32,000 nucleotides of DNA from Mycobacterium sp. (lineage in GTDB: Bacteria; Actinomycetota; Actinomycetes; Mycobacteriales; Mycobacteriaceae). The position numbers and the translations under genes are program-made. The notes beneath the pieces are model-generated. The model saw nothing but the letters and a program-made list of their open reading frames with translations, was not told the DNA's origin and ran no database searches. Each line of letters begins with the position of its first letter. Positions within the stretch are counted from its first letter, which is position 1. The stretch is from positions 1 to 32,000 of the forward strand of contig JARLGR010000143.1 in the NCBI GenBank assembly GCA_031292665.1. Reading direction: 5' to 3'. Shown piece after piece: positions 1-10,872 of the stretch.

Positions 1-2
1 CC

Positions 3-119
3 CGCGACGCTGCGCTGCGCGGGGCGGCCGGCTGCCTGCTTGCCCTGGTGGTGGCCTTGACGATCGGCGCGGCAACCCGCCGGTTACGGGGGACCCACAA
101 CGGTGTCCCGGGCGACTGA
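3..119 (+). CDS. mycP4: 3' end of a membrane-anchored protein, probably mycosin MycP4 (partial; start lies outside the window)
   Basis: Frame 3 is open from the window edge to TGA at 117-119 and reads RDAALRGAAGCLLALVVALTIGAATRRLRGTHNGVPGD*. This is a hydrophobic helix plus a basic tail, like the C-terminal anchor of mycosins. It converges on eccB4 as Rv3449 does on Rv3450c. It is too short for independent proof. Confidence 0.4.
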   Translation, partial: RDAALRGAAGCLLALVVALTIGAATRRLRGTHNGVPGD

Positions 120-1466
120 CGCCTTTTCCCGGCTCAGTTCCGGCCCGGACGGCAGCGCGGTCAGCAACGGCCAGGGCGCCGCGGTGGCCGCCGACAGACC
201 GAGGTCGTGCGCCGCGTCGTCGTCGTGAACGGCGAACCGCACTCCTGTCTCGGTGACGAGGTAGCGCGTGCCGGCGCGCCCATCCCCCGTCACGTAGGCG
301 CTCCGGCCGGGCGGCAGGTAGACGGCGTCCAGAGCCGGACCACGGCCGTCGGCCTGCGACAAGGTCACCGGCGCCTGGCCGGGCGGCACCGGCAGGCCGC
401 TTCCGGTCAGGAACGCGACAGCGGAGCGGCCGGACGAAGCGGGCCCCCACGTGACACACAGGTCGCCGCTCCCGTCCACCGGCGTGGGTGCCCGGTCCGG
501 GAAGCTCGCCACCGGCAGCGTGTCGACGATCGCGGTGGCGCGAATCGCGTCGGCTGCCACCGTGACGGTATTGGCGGTACCCTGCGAGTCGCCGAACCGC
601 AGGATGTCGGCGGCAACCCGGCCGATGCGCTGGACGCCGCCGGCCACGACCGCGTAATACTCGTCACCGTCGGCTCGGGCGATCCGCAGCACGCTGCCCA
701 CCGGAATGCCGGGCAGCCCGGCCGCCGCTTCGCCGGCGTCGCGAACGCGCGGCGCCGCTATCGGGGACGCCTCGGGGACGGCATTCAGCAACGCCTGCGA
801 CACCAGCCGCGGCGCTCGGCCCTCGAGTCGAAGCGCGCGCAGCACCGCGGCATCGGCGAGGTCCACCAGCGCGCGCCGGCCGTCGTAGAGCAGGTAGCCT
901 GGCGAACCCGACGGCGGCGCAACCAGGACGGCCAGGTCGGGTGCCAGACGACGCAGCGATGAGCCCTGCGTAGCCCCGACGACGACCGTCGTTGCACCCG
1001 CGCCGTCCTCGTCACAGATCGTCCACACCGATTCGTCGCCCGACAGTGGCCTGCCGAGAAGCTGCGGCGCACCCGGGACGCCCAGCAGCGGACCGCGTTT
1101 GACGCGAGCCAAATCCGACTCGCGCACCGGGAGCGGGTCGGCGGCCGTCGCCGCGACCAACCGGGCGGAAGCCAAGTTCAGCGCCGGATGCCAGGTGTCG
1201 CCGACCCGCACGTACAGCGCCCCGGATTCCCGGGTCACCACGATCTGGGCGTGGTCGAGCGCCGGCTGTGGCCGCAGCAAAGCCAGTACCGCACATCCCG
1301 CCGTGGCGATGGCCGCGAGCACACATCCCACCGCCAGCGGCGCCGACGCCGAGGGCGGGCGCCCGCCAGCCGGGCGGAGGTCGCCGGCGAGCAACGCGCA
1401 CTCGAGGCGACGCAGCAGGAATCGGTAACCACTGACCTGCAGCCAGGTCGTCGGCTGGCGCGGCAC
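84..1466 (-). CDS. eccB4: Type VII secretion (ESX-4) membrane component EccB
   Basis: 460-aa ORF. The N-terminus PTTWLQVSGYRFLLRRLECALL, one TM helix (LAVGCVLAAIATAGCAVLALL) and a large exported domain form the EccB pattern. Synteny with cutinases and truA matches Rv3450c. Confidence 0.9.
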   Translation of the reverse strand: MPRQPTTWLQVSGYRFLLRRLECALLAGDLRPAGGRPPSASAPLAVGCVLAAIATAGCAVLALLRPQPALDHAQIVVTRESGALYVRVGDTWHPALNLASARLVAATAADPLPVRESDLARVKRGPLLGVPGAPQLLGRPLSGDESVWTICDEDGAGATTVVVGATQGSSLRRLAPDLAVLVAPPSGSPGYLLYDGRRALVDLADAAVLRALRLEGRAPRLVSQALLNAVPEASPIAAPRVRDAGEAAAGLPGIPVGSVLRIARADGDEYYAVVAGGVQRIGRVAADILRFGDSQGTANTVTVAADAIRATAIVDTLPVASFPDRAPTPVDGSGDLCVTWGPASSGRSAVAFLTGSGLPVPPGQAPVTLSQADGRGPALDAVYLPPGRSAYVTGDGRAGTRYLVTETGVRFAVHDDDAAHDLGLSAATAAPWPLLTALPSGPELSREKASVARDTVVGPP

Positions 1467-1587
1467 TGACCCCCCCGATCTGCGACATGAGTTCCGCTCA
1501 CGGTAGACCCCCCGCCGGGGGGCGCGCGCAGCTTATCCACAGGTCAGCGAGTTTTCAGTCACCGCCCGCTGCGGTTAAAATCCTGGG

Positions 1588-2436
1588 GTGACTCTTCAGA
1601 GGACACGTGGCCCATGGGGGGGCAGCGCGCGGTCGGCCGGCCGGTGGGTCGGCCTCACTGCCGCCGCGCTCGTTGTCGCCGCCGTGACCCTCGTCAACCC
1701 CACCACCATCCCGGTCGCTTCTGCCGACGACTGCCCCGACGTCGAGATCATCTTCGCCCGCGGCACCAACGAGCCACCCGGCCTGGGCCGGGTCGGCGAC
1801 GCGTTCGTCGACTCGTTGCGCCAGCAGACCGGCGGCATGAACATCGACACCTACGGGGTGAACTACGCCGCCAGCAAGCTGCAGCTGCACGGCGGCGACG
1901 GCGCCGACGACACCGTCAACCGCGTCAAGCAGACCGTGGCCAAGTGCCCGAACACCAAGATCGTGCTGGGCGGCTACTCGCAGGGCGCGTCGGTGATGGA
2001 CATCGTCGCCGGGGTGCCCATCGGCGGCATCAACTGGGGCAGTTCGATTTCGCCGGACCTGGCCAGCCACGTCGCGGCGGTCGCCACCTTCGGCGACGTC
2101 GCCGACCGCGCCGGCGGCTCGCTGCCGACCGCAAGCGCGCTGCTCGGGTCAAAGGCGATCGACCTGTGCAACCCCGAGGACCCGATCTGTCACGCGGGCC
2201 CCGGAAACGAGTGGAGCGGGCACACCGAGGGTTACGTGCCCGTCTACACCACCCAGGCGGCCGCTTTCGTCGCGTCCAAGCTGCTGGCCGGTGGCCGGCC
2301 AGCAGGTGCCCGGTTTCGGGCCCCAGATGCCCGCCTACGCCCCGCAGTCGCCGGCCTACGCCCCACAGCTGCCCGGCACGCTGGCGCCGGGATCCGGGCC
2401 CTCGGTCCACGGGTCGGCACCCGCGCCGCAGCCTAG
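1588..2436 (+). CDS. cut3: Secreted cutinase (Cut3-like); the C-terminal tail appears frame-shifted, see findings
   Basis: Signal/TM segment, then [20 protein letters not shown] and the catalytic GYSQG motif, plus the conserved [10 protein letters not shown]. After about 2290 the high-GC3 signal moves to the +1 frame, which ends at 2458. Confidence 0.88.
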   Translation: MTLQRTRGPWGGSARSAGRWVGLTAAALVVAAVTLVNPTTIPVASADDCPDVEIIFARGTNEPPGLGRVGDAFVDSLRQQTGGMNIDTYGVNYAASKLQLHGGDGADDTVNRVKQTVAKCPNTKIVLGGYSQGASVMDIVAGVPIGGINWGSSISPDLASHVAAVATFGDVADRAGGSLPTASALLGSKAIDLCNPEDPICHAGPGNEWSGHTEGYVPVYTTQAAAFVASKLLAGGRPAGARFRAPDARLRPAVAGLRPTAARHAGAGIRALGPRVGTRAAA

Positions 2437-2490
2437 CCTGGTCACAGCAGTGCACTGACGCACGACCAACAACTCCCGTAACATCGTTGC

Positions 2491-3120
2491 GTGAGGCTTA
2501 TCCCGTTTGGGCTGGCCGCGTTCACTGCGGCAGCATTGGTGCTCGCGCCGCCGCTGGCGCCCCGGGCGTCGGCGTCCTGCCCCGACGTCGAGGTCATCTT
2601 CGCCCGGGGAACCGACGAGCCACCCGGTGTCGGGCGGGTGGGACAGGCCTTCGTCAGCTCGCTGCGCCAGCAGACGCGCAAGAACGTCAGCGCGTACGGG
2701 GTCAACTATCCGGCCAACAAGGACTTCCTGGCCGCCACCGACGGCGCCAATGACGCCAGCAACCACGTCCAGCAGATGGCCGACAACTGCCCGAACACGA
2801 AGCTGGTCCTCGGCGGCTACTCACAGGGTGCCGCCGTCATCGACGTCGTCACCGCTGCGCCGCTTCCCGGCCTCGGCTTCCGGCAGCCGTTGCCGGCCGA
2901 TGCCGCCAATCACGTCGCCGCAGTCGCCCTGTTCGGGAATCCGTCGGGCCGGGCGGGCGGGCTGATGAGCGCCCTGACCCCGGATTTCGGCGGCAAGACC
3001 ATCGACCTGTGCAACCAGGGCGACCCGATCTGCTCGGACGGCAATCAGTGGAAGGCGCACCTGGGCTACGTGCCGGGGCTGACCAGCCAGGCCGCTGGCT
3101 TCGTCGCCGGCAAAGTCTAG
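2491..3120 (+). CDS. cut4: Secreted cutinase (Cut4-like)
   Basis: 209-aa ORF with signal peptide ([16 protein letters not shown]), [23 protein letters not shown] and [10 protein letters not shown]. It is a tandem paralog of the preceding gene. Its TAG stop overlaps the truA stop in the palindrome CTAG at 3117-3120. Confidence 0.9.
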   Translation: MRLIPFGLAAFTAAALVLAPPLAPRASASCPDVEVIFARGTDEPPGVGRVGQAFVSSLRQQTRKNVSAYGVNYPANKDFLAATDGANDASNHVQQMADNCPNTKLVLGGYSQGAAVIDVVTAAPLPGLGFRQPLPADAANHVAAVALFGNPSGRAGGLMSALTPDFGGKTIDLCNQGDPICSDGNQWKAHLGYVPGLTSQAAGFVAGKV

Positions 3121-4010
3121 GTCCGCGACCGCAGGTCCCGCGTGATCAGATTCCGCGCGGCCAGTTGGTCGTCGGGCGGGTAGTCCACGCTGACGAGCGT
3201 CAAGCCATGCGCCGGCGCGGGCGCGAAGTCACTGGAACGCTCTGCAGCGGAAAGCAATTCGCCGCACCATGACACCGGGCGCCGGTGTTCACCGACCGCC
3301 AGCAGCGCCCCGACCAGCGAGCGCACCATCGACCAGCAGAACGCGTCCGCGGTGACGTGCGCGGTGATCAGATCGCCCTCGCGCAACCAGTCCAGCCGCT
3401 GCAGGTCGCGGATGGTGGTGGCGCCGTCACGCTGACGGCAGAACGCGGCGAAGTCGTGCAGACCCAACAGATCCCGCGATGCGGTGTTCATCGCGTCCAG
3501 GTCCAGGGCGCGCGGCCACGCCGTCACGTACCGTGCCTGCTGCGGCAGCACACCGTAGGGCGCCGTCGACAGCCGGTAGACGTAGTGGCGGCGCAGCGCC
3601 GAGAAACGGGCGTCGAATCCCTCTGGCGCGCCCGCGATCTCGGTGACGCGGACATCGGCGGGCAGGAACCGGCCGAGGCGGCGCAGCAGCGGCAGGAACT
3701 CGGGGTCACCGGCGCGCGGCGACCGCCCGTGAGCGTTCGCCACCGCGTCGACCGGCACGTCGACGTGGGCCACCTGCCCGGCGGCGTGGACGCCCGCGTC
3801 GGTGCGTCCGGCGGCGCGCAGATGCACCGGGGTGCGGAAAACGGTCGTCAGCGCCTCGTCGAGAACGCCGGCGACGGTACGCTGCCCGGACTGAGCTGCC
3901 CAGCCCGCAAATTCGGTTCCGTCGTAGGCGATGTCAAGCCGCAGACGGACGACCTCGCTAATTCTCGGTGGCACCTTCGGGCTTGTCGGCGGGAGCTTCG
4001 GCGGCCTCAC
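3117..4010 (-). CDS. truA: tRNA pseudouridine(38-40) synthase TruA
   Basis: [19 protein letters not shown]...[17 protein letters not shown] is the TruA catalytic-Asp motif. The GTG start at 4010 overlaps the rplQ 3' end; an alternative GTG lies at 3974. Confidence 0.9.
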   Translation of the reverse strand: MRPPKLPPTSPKVPPRISEVVRLRLDIAYDGTEFAGWAAQSGQRTVAGVLDEALTTVFRTPVHLRAAGRTDAGVHAAGQVAHVDVPVDAVANAHGRSPRAGDPEFLPLLRRLGRFLPADVRVTEIAGAPEGFDARFSALRRHYVYRLSTAPYGVLPQQARYVTAWPRALDLDAMNTASRDLLGLHDFAAFCRQRDGATTIRDLQRLDWLREGDLITAHVTADAFCWSMVRSLVGALLAVGEHRRPVSWCGELLSAAERSSDFAPAPAHGLTLVSVDYPPDDQLAARNLITRDLRSRT

Positions 4011-4569
4011 CGGACGCCTCCGGCTCGACCGCGGCCTGCGGTGCCGCCGCCTGGGTCTCGCGGGCTTCGGGCTCGTCGGCGGAAGCCTCGGCGGCCGAGC
4101 TGTCCACCGCTTCCGGCTCGACCGCGGCCTGCGGCGCCGCGGCGGCAGCCTCGGGGGCTGCCTTCTTCGAGGCCTTCACCCGGCGCGCCCGGTCGGCCTC
4201 CGACGTGACGGTCTTCTCCCGCACCAACTCGATCACGGCCATCGGGGCGTTGTCGCCCTTGCGCGGCTCGACCTTGATGATGCGGGTGTACCCACCGTCG
4301 CGGTCGGAGAAGAACGGCCCGATCTCGGCGAACAAGGCGTGCACCACGTCCTTGTCGCGGATCTTCTTCAGCACCTCTCGACGGTTGTGCAGCGAGCCCT
4401 TTTTCGCGTGCGTGATCAGCTTCTCCGCGTATGGCCGCAGCGCGCGCGCCTTCGGCTCGGTCGTCTTGATCCGCCCGTGCTCGAACAGCGACGTGGCCAG
4501 ATTTGCCAGGAGGGCCTTCTGGTGCGACGACGACCCGCCGAGGCGAGGACCCTTGGTGGGCTTGGGCAT
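3958..4569 (-). CDS. rplQ: 50S ribosomal protein L17 with a long acidic Ala/Glu/Pro C-terminal extension
   Basis: [42 protein letters not shown] is canonical bL17. The tail carries a 31-aa tandem duplication. Confidence 0.95.
   Translation of the reverse strand: MPKPTKGPRLGGSSSHQKALLANLATSLFEHGRIKTTEPKARALRPYAEKLITHAKKGSLHNRREVLKKIRDKDVVHALFAEIGPFFSDRDGGYTRIIKVEPRKGDNAPMAVIELVREKTVTSEADRARRVKASKKAAPEAAAAAPQAAVEPEAVDSSAAEASADEPEARETQAAAPQAAVEPEASGEAAEAPADKPEGATEN
3961..4146 (-). repeat. Tandem duplication of a 93-bp unit encoding the L17 C-terminal tail
   Basis: 4019-4047 (tccggctcgaccgcggcctgcggtgccgc) recurs at 4112-4140 with 28/29 identity, offset exactly 93 bp. The protein units are [31 protein letters not shown] and [30 protein letters not shown]. 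Confidence 0.7.
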
Positions 4570-4657
4570 TGCTGGCGCTCCCGTCTAGGTTTCGCTGAAT
4601 CCAATTTTCCGGTTCCTCGGCGGGCCGCTACGCGCCCGCATCGTCACCGGAGGCTAA

Positions 4658-5731
<1,074 letters not shown>

Positions 5732-5781
5732 CTATTTGATGCCGGCTCGGTTGTCTGGTCGCCGCGTCCGCGGCTCCAGCA

Positions 5782-6387
5782 CTACTTCGAGTAGTACTCG
5801 ACGATGAGCTGCTCGGTGAGCGGCACGTCGATCTGTGCCCGCTCGGGCAGCTGGTGGATCAGGATTTGCTGACGCTCCCCCACGACCTGCAGCCAGCTCG
5901 GGATCGGGCGGTCACCCGCCGTCTCGCGCGCGATCTGGAACGGCACCGTGTTCAGCGAGCCGTCCCGCACGTCGACGATGTCGTACTGCGACACCCGATA
6001 ACTGGGGACGTTGACGTGTACACCGTTGACGCTGAAGTGCCCGTGGCTGACCAGCTGGCGGGCCATCCGGCGCGTCCGGGCCAGCCCGGCGCGGTACACG
6101 ACGTTGTCCAGCCGGCTTTCCAGGATCCTGAGCAGCTCCTCACCGGTCTTGCCCGGCTGCCGCGAGGCCTCTTCGTAGTAGCGGCGGAACTGCTTTTCCA
6201 TGACGCCATAGGTGAAGCGGGCCTTCTGCTTCTCCTGCAGCTGCAGCAGGTATTCGCTTTCCTTGATCCGCGCGCGGCCGTGCTGGCCGGGCGGATAGGG
6301 GCGCTTCTCGAAGGCCTGGTCGCCGCCGACGAGGTCGGTGCGCAGCCGGCGCGATTTGCGGGTGATAGGTCCGGTATAACGAGCCAT
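5782..6387 (-). CDS. rpsD: 30S ribosomal protein S4
   Basis: MARYTGPITRKSRRLRTDLVGGDQAFEKRPYPPGQHG... is canonical uS4, 201 aa. Confidence 0.97.
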   Translation of the reverse strand: MARYTGPITRKSRRLRTDLVGGDQAFEKRPYPPGQHGRARIKESEYLLQLQEKQKARFTYGVMEKQFRRYYEEASRQPGKTGEELLRILESRLDNVVYRAGLARTRRMARQLVSHGHFSVNGVHVNVPSYRVSQYDIVDVRDGSLNTVPFQIARETAGDRPIPSWLQVVGERQQILIHQLPERAQIDVPLTEQLIVEYYSK

Positions 6388-6396
6388 TGTTATCTC

Positions 6397-6816
6397 CTAG
6401 ACGCGCCGGCGCTTGGGCGGACGACAGCCGTTGTGCGGCTGGGGGGTGACGTCGGAAATCGCGCCGACCTCGAGGCCGGCGGCCTGCAGCGACCGGATCG
6501 CGGTCTCCCGGCCCGAACCCGGGCCCTTGACGAACACGTCGACCTTCTTCACGCCGTGCTCCTGGGCCTTGCGCGCGGCGTTCTCGGCGGCCAGCTGGGC
6601 CGCGAACGGTGTCGATTTCCGCGATCCCTTGAAGCCGACGTGACCGGATGACGCCCAGGCGATGACGTTGCCCTGCGGGTCGGTGATCGTCACGATCGTG
6701 TTGTTGAACGTGCTCTTGATGTGGGCGGCGCCGTGCGGGATGTTCTTCTTTTCCCGCCTGCGGGTCTTGTGTCCCTTCTTGGGACCCGCCGCTGCTGCCT
6801 TCTTGGCTGGGGGCAT
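6397..6816 (-). CDS. rpsK: 30S ribosomal protein S11
   Basis: ...[46 protein letters not shown]... is canonical uS11. Confidence 0.97.
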   Translation of the reverse strand: MPPAKKAAAAGPKKGHKTRRREKKNIPHGAAHIKSTFNNTIVTITDPQGNVIAWASSGHVGFKGSRKSTPFAAQLAAENAARKAQEHGVKKVDVFVKGPGSGRETAIRSLQAAGLEVGAISDVTPQPHNGCRPPKRRRV

Positions 6817-6819
6817 CGG

Positions 6820-7194
6820 TTACCTGGCCTTCTTTTTGCCCGCGATGGTGCGCTTGGGGCCCTTGCGGGTCCGCGCGTTGGTCTTGGTCCGCTGGCCGCG
6901 CACCGGCAGGCCGCGGCGATGCCGCAAACCCTGGTAGCAGCCGATCTCGATCTTGCGGCGAACGTCGGCCTGCACCTCCCGGCGCAGGTCACCCTCCACC
7001 TTCAGGTTCGCTTCGATGTAGTCACGCAAGTGGGTCAGCTGGTCGTCGGTGAGGTCCCTGGTGCGCAGGTCCTTGTCGATGCCGGTGGCCGCCAGAATCT
7101 CGTTCGAGCGGGTACGGCCGACGCCGAAGATGTAGGTCAGGGCGATCTCCATCCGCTTATCGCGCGGCAGATCGACGCCGACTAGTCGAGCCAT
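6820..7194 (-). CDS. rpsM: 30S ribosomal protein S13
   Basis: [40 protein letters not shown]... is canonical uS13. An AAGAGGA Shine-Dalgarno sequence lies upstream. Confidence 0.97.
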   Translation of the reverse strand: MARLVGVDLPRDKRMEIALTYIFGVGRTRSNEILAATGIDKDLRTRDLTDDQLTHLRDYIEANLKVEGDLRREVQADVRRKIEIGCYQGLRHRRGLPVRGQRTKTNARTRKGPKRTIAGKKKAR

Positions 7195-7403
7195 GGGTGG
7201 CGTTTCCTCTTATCTCAGCGGAGGTCTTGTCCCAGTCCGTTCCCGCTTCGCGGGGCCCGGCCTCCATCCGGGCGTGGATGAGCGGCGTATCCGCTCACTG
7301 GTGCTGGGAGGTCTGCATTCAGTTGTGTCAGCGGGCTGTTGCGGACTAGATCCGATTGCCCGGCTTCTCCTCGGGCCGCTGCACGGCCCGCATCGTCGCC
7401 GGA
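7195..7403 (-). promoter_or_regulatory. 209-nt structured spacer/leader between rpmJ and rpsM
   Basis: Perfect hairpins read from the sequence: cgggccg-ctgca-cggcccg (7371-7389) and gagcgg-cgtat-ccgctc (7280-7296). There is also a 6-bp stem gcccgg/ccgggc around the loop cctccat (about 7249-7267). No coding-like ORF is present. Confidence 0.3.
7371..7389 (-). terminator. GC-rich hairpin 15 nt downstream of the rpmJ stop (possible attenuator or I-shaped terminator; no U tract)
   Basis: 7-bp perfect stem CGGGCCG/CGGCCCG with a 5-nt loop. No U-run follows, so its function is uncertain. Confidence 0.25.
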
Positions 7404-7517
7404 CTAGCCCTGGCGCTGCTTGTGGCGCGGATCTGGGCAGATCACCATGACCCGCCCATGCCGACGGATCACCCTGCACTTGTCACAGATTGGCTTGACG
7501 CTCGGGTTCACCTTCAC
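7404..7517 (-). CDS. rpmJ: 50S ribosomal protein L36
   Basis: Absent from the ORF track because it is under 60 aa. The reverse complement from the GTG at 7517 reads [37 protein letters not shown], 37 aa, canonical bL36. Confidence 0.92.
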   Translation of the reverse strand: MKVNPSVKPICDKCRVIRRHGRVMVICPDPRHKQRQG

Positions 7518-7571
7518 GGCTGTTTCGATCCTGTTCTGTCTACTCGTCGGTTACGCGGTCCGGGCTTCTCG

Positions 7572-7793
7572 TCACTTGTACCGGTACACGATGCGGCCCC
7601 GCGACAGGTCGTAGGGGGACAACTCCACCACCACCCGGTCCTCGGGCAGGATGCGGATGTAGTGCTGCCGCATCTTGCCGCTGATGTGGGCAAGCACCTT
7701 GTGGCCGTTCTCCAGCTCAATGCGGAACATCGCATTGGGCAGGGGCTCGACCACGCGGCCCTCGACCTCTATGGCACCGTCCTTCTTCGCCAT
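7572..7793 (-). CDS. infA: Translation initiation factor IF-1
   Basis: [73 protein letters not shown] is canonical IF-1, 73 aa. Confidence 0.97.
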
Positions 7794-8023
7794 AAACTTC
7801 CCAGAAATCCTCGTCTTTTAGTTTCGTTCGTCTGCGCCCAGATCGGCGCGAACTCTGGCCCCGACTTCAAACGTGAGCCGGTGACCGGAAATTCCTGGGG
7901 ACGGGGCACACAAAAGCCGGCGCGTTAGCCGCACCGTTACCCCACGATACCTGGTCTTTCGGCTCCACCAAAATCCAGCCACCTTCGCGGAATAGCCGCA
8001 CCGCACCGCCGGTTGGAGACACC

Positions 8024-8887
8024 ATGACCGATGCGCACGCCAGTGATGCAGCCAGCAAGCCCAATCTAGGCCGGTTCGGATCGTTCGGGCGCGGCGTCAC
8101 GCCCCAGCAAGCCAGAGAAATCGAGGCCCTGCGCTACGGGGCGGTCTGGGTCGGTGGTTCGCCCCCCGCGGAGCTGGCCTGGGTAGAGCCCATCCTGGCG
8201 GCGACGACCACGTTGCAGGTGGCCACCGGCATCGTCAACATCTGGACAGCGGCCGCGAAGCCGGTCGCGGACTCCTTCCACCGCATCGACAAGGCCTACC
8301 CGGGACGCTTCCTGCTCGGTATCGGCGTCGGCCATCCCGAGGCCCACAGCGAGTACCGCAAGCCCTACGACGCGCTGGTGGAGTACCTCGACCGGCTGGA
8401 CGACTACGGCGTGCCCGCGAACCGGCGCGTGGTGGCGGCCCTCGGCCCCCGGGTGCTGAAGCTCTCCGCGCAGCGCAGCGCCGGGGCGCACCCCTACCTG
8501 ACCACCCCGGAGCACACCGGGCAGGCCCGCGAACTGATGGGCCCGTCGGCATTCCTGGCGCCGGAGCACAAGGTGGTGCTCACCACCGATCCCGAGAAGG
8601 CTCGTACGGTCGGCCGCAGGGCGCTCGACATCTACTTCAACCTGGCCAACTACCGCAACAGCTGGAAGCGGCTGGGCTTCTCCGACGAGGAGGTCACCCG
8701 GCCGGGCAGCGACCGCCTCGTCGACGCCGTCGTGGCTTACGGCACCCCCGACCAGATCGCGGCGCGGCTCAAACAGCACCTCGACGCCGGCGCGGACCAC
8801 GTGCCCGTGCAGGTCCTCACCAAGGACGAAAACCTGGTTCCGGCACTGGCCGAGCTGGCGGGGCCGCTCGGGCTGAACGGGTCCTGA
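8024..8887 (+). CDS. LLM-class (luciferase-like) F420-dependent oxidoreductase, Rv3463-like
   Basis: 287-aa ORF with a TIM-barrel luciferase-like pattern (GAVWVGG..., LLGIGVGH, AHPYLTTPEHT, VDAVVAYGTPDQIAARLKQHLDAGADHV). Its position between infA and rmlB matches Rv3463. Confidence 0.8.
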   Translation: MTDAHASDAASKPNLGRFGSFGRGVTPQQAREIEALRYGAVWVGGSPPAELAWVEPILAATTTLQVATGIVNIWTAAAKPVADSFHRIDKAYPGRFLLGIGVGHPEAHSEYRKPYDALVEYLDRLDDYGVPANRRVVAALGPRVLKLSAQRSAGAHPYLTTPEHTGQARELMGPSAFLAPEHKVVLTTDPEKARTVGRRALDIYFNLANYRNSWKRLGFSDEEVTRPGSDRLVDAVVAYGTPDQIAARLKQHLDAGADHVPVQVLTKDENLVPALAELAGPLGLNGS

Positions 8888-9090
8888 GCGAGCCGACGCC
8901 GCACATCTGACGGGGGGCCTCGATGACCGAGGCAGTTTCGCTCAAACCCGACCCGGGCCGGTTGGTGTATGGCCGCCTCGAGCAACAGTGCAAGGCGGGC
9001 GCCGAGAGGTGGCCATTCAGGTGCTCGGCACCCGCGACGACGAGGCGCTACTGGCCGCGCTGAGGGAAATAGCCTGGCAGTTGGGGCTAA

Positions 9091-10128
<1,038 letters not shown>

Positions 10129-10129
10129 G

Positions 10130-10738
10130 GTGAAAGTTCGCGAACTCAGCATCCAGGGCGCCTGGGAGATCACTCCTACCATCCACGGCGACTCCCGGGG
10201 ACTGTTATTCGAATGGCTCAAAGGTCGCGAGTTCACCGAATTCGCCGGTCACCGCTTGGACGTCCGGCAAGCCAACTGCTCGGTGTCGTCGGCCGGCGTG
10301 CTGCGCGGCCTGCACTTCGCCCAAGTGCCACCGGGCCAAGCCAAATATGTGACCTGCTTGCACGGTTCAATATTCGACGTTGTCGTTGACATCCGGGTTG
10401 GCTCGCCGACATTCGGCCAGTGGGATTCGGTTCTGCTCGATGACCAGGACCGCAGGACGGTCTACATCTCCGAGGGTCTTGCGCATGGATTCTTTGTTCA
10501 GCATGACAATTCGACGCTGATGTACCTGTGCTCGGCGGAGTACAACCCGCAGCGCGAGCACACCATTTGCGCGACTGATCCCGAACTGGCGATCGACTGG
10601 CCGGTGATTGAAGGCGCCGCCCCCAGCCTGTCCGACCGGGATGCCGCGGCCCCCAGCTTTGCCGAAATGCGCGCTTCCGGCCTACTCCCCACCTGGGAGG
10701 AGACGCGGACGTTCATCCACGGTATGCGCGACGGGTGA
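10130..10738 (+). CDS. rmlC: dTDP-4-dehydrorhamnose 3,5-epimerase
   Basis: The GTG start lies 1 nt after the rmlB stop. The cupin epimerase motifs DSRGLLFEW and LRGLHFAQVPPGQAKYVTC are present; 202 aa. Confidence 0.93.
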   Translation: MKVRELSIQGAWEITPTIHGDSRGLLFEWLKGREFTEFAGHRLDVRQANCSVSSAGVLRGLHFAQVPPGQAKYVTCLHGSIFDVVVDIRVGSPTFGQWDSVLLDDQDRRTVYISEGLAHGFFVQHDNSTLMYLCSAEYNPQREHTICATDPELAIDWPVIEGAAPSLSDRDAAAPSFAEMRASGLLPTWEETRTFIHGMRDG

Positions 10739-10872
10739 CGTGCCGGGTCGGACGGCCCAAACACGCCGGGCTGTAGCGAAAACCACTAATTTCTCGCCGA
10801 ATAGCACCTACCATCCGATAATCGCCATTTAGGGTGGCCGAGCGCTCTAACAAGGGGCTGTCCGGAGGTGTC

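Noticed and set aside
1614-2753. 379-aa ORF running through both cutinase genes in another frame
   Set aside because: It is an extremely Arg/Pro-rich off-frame translation. The cutinase frames carry the catalytic motifs and signal peptides.
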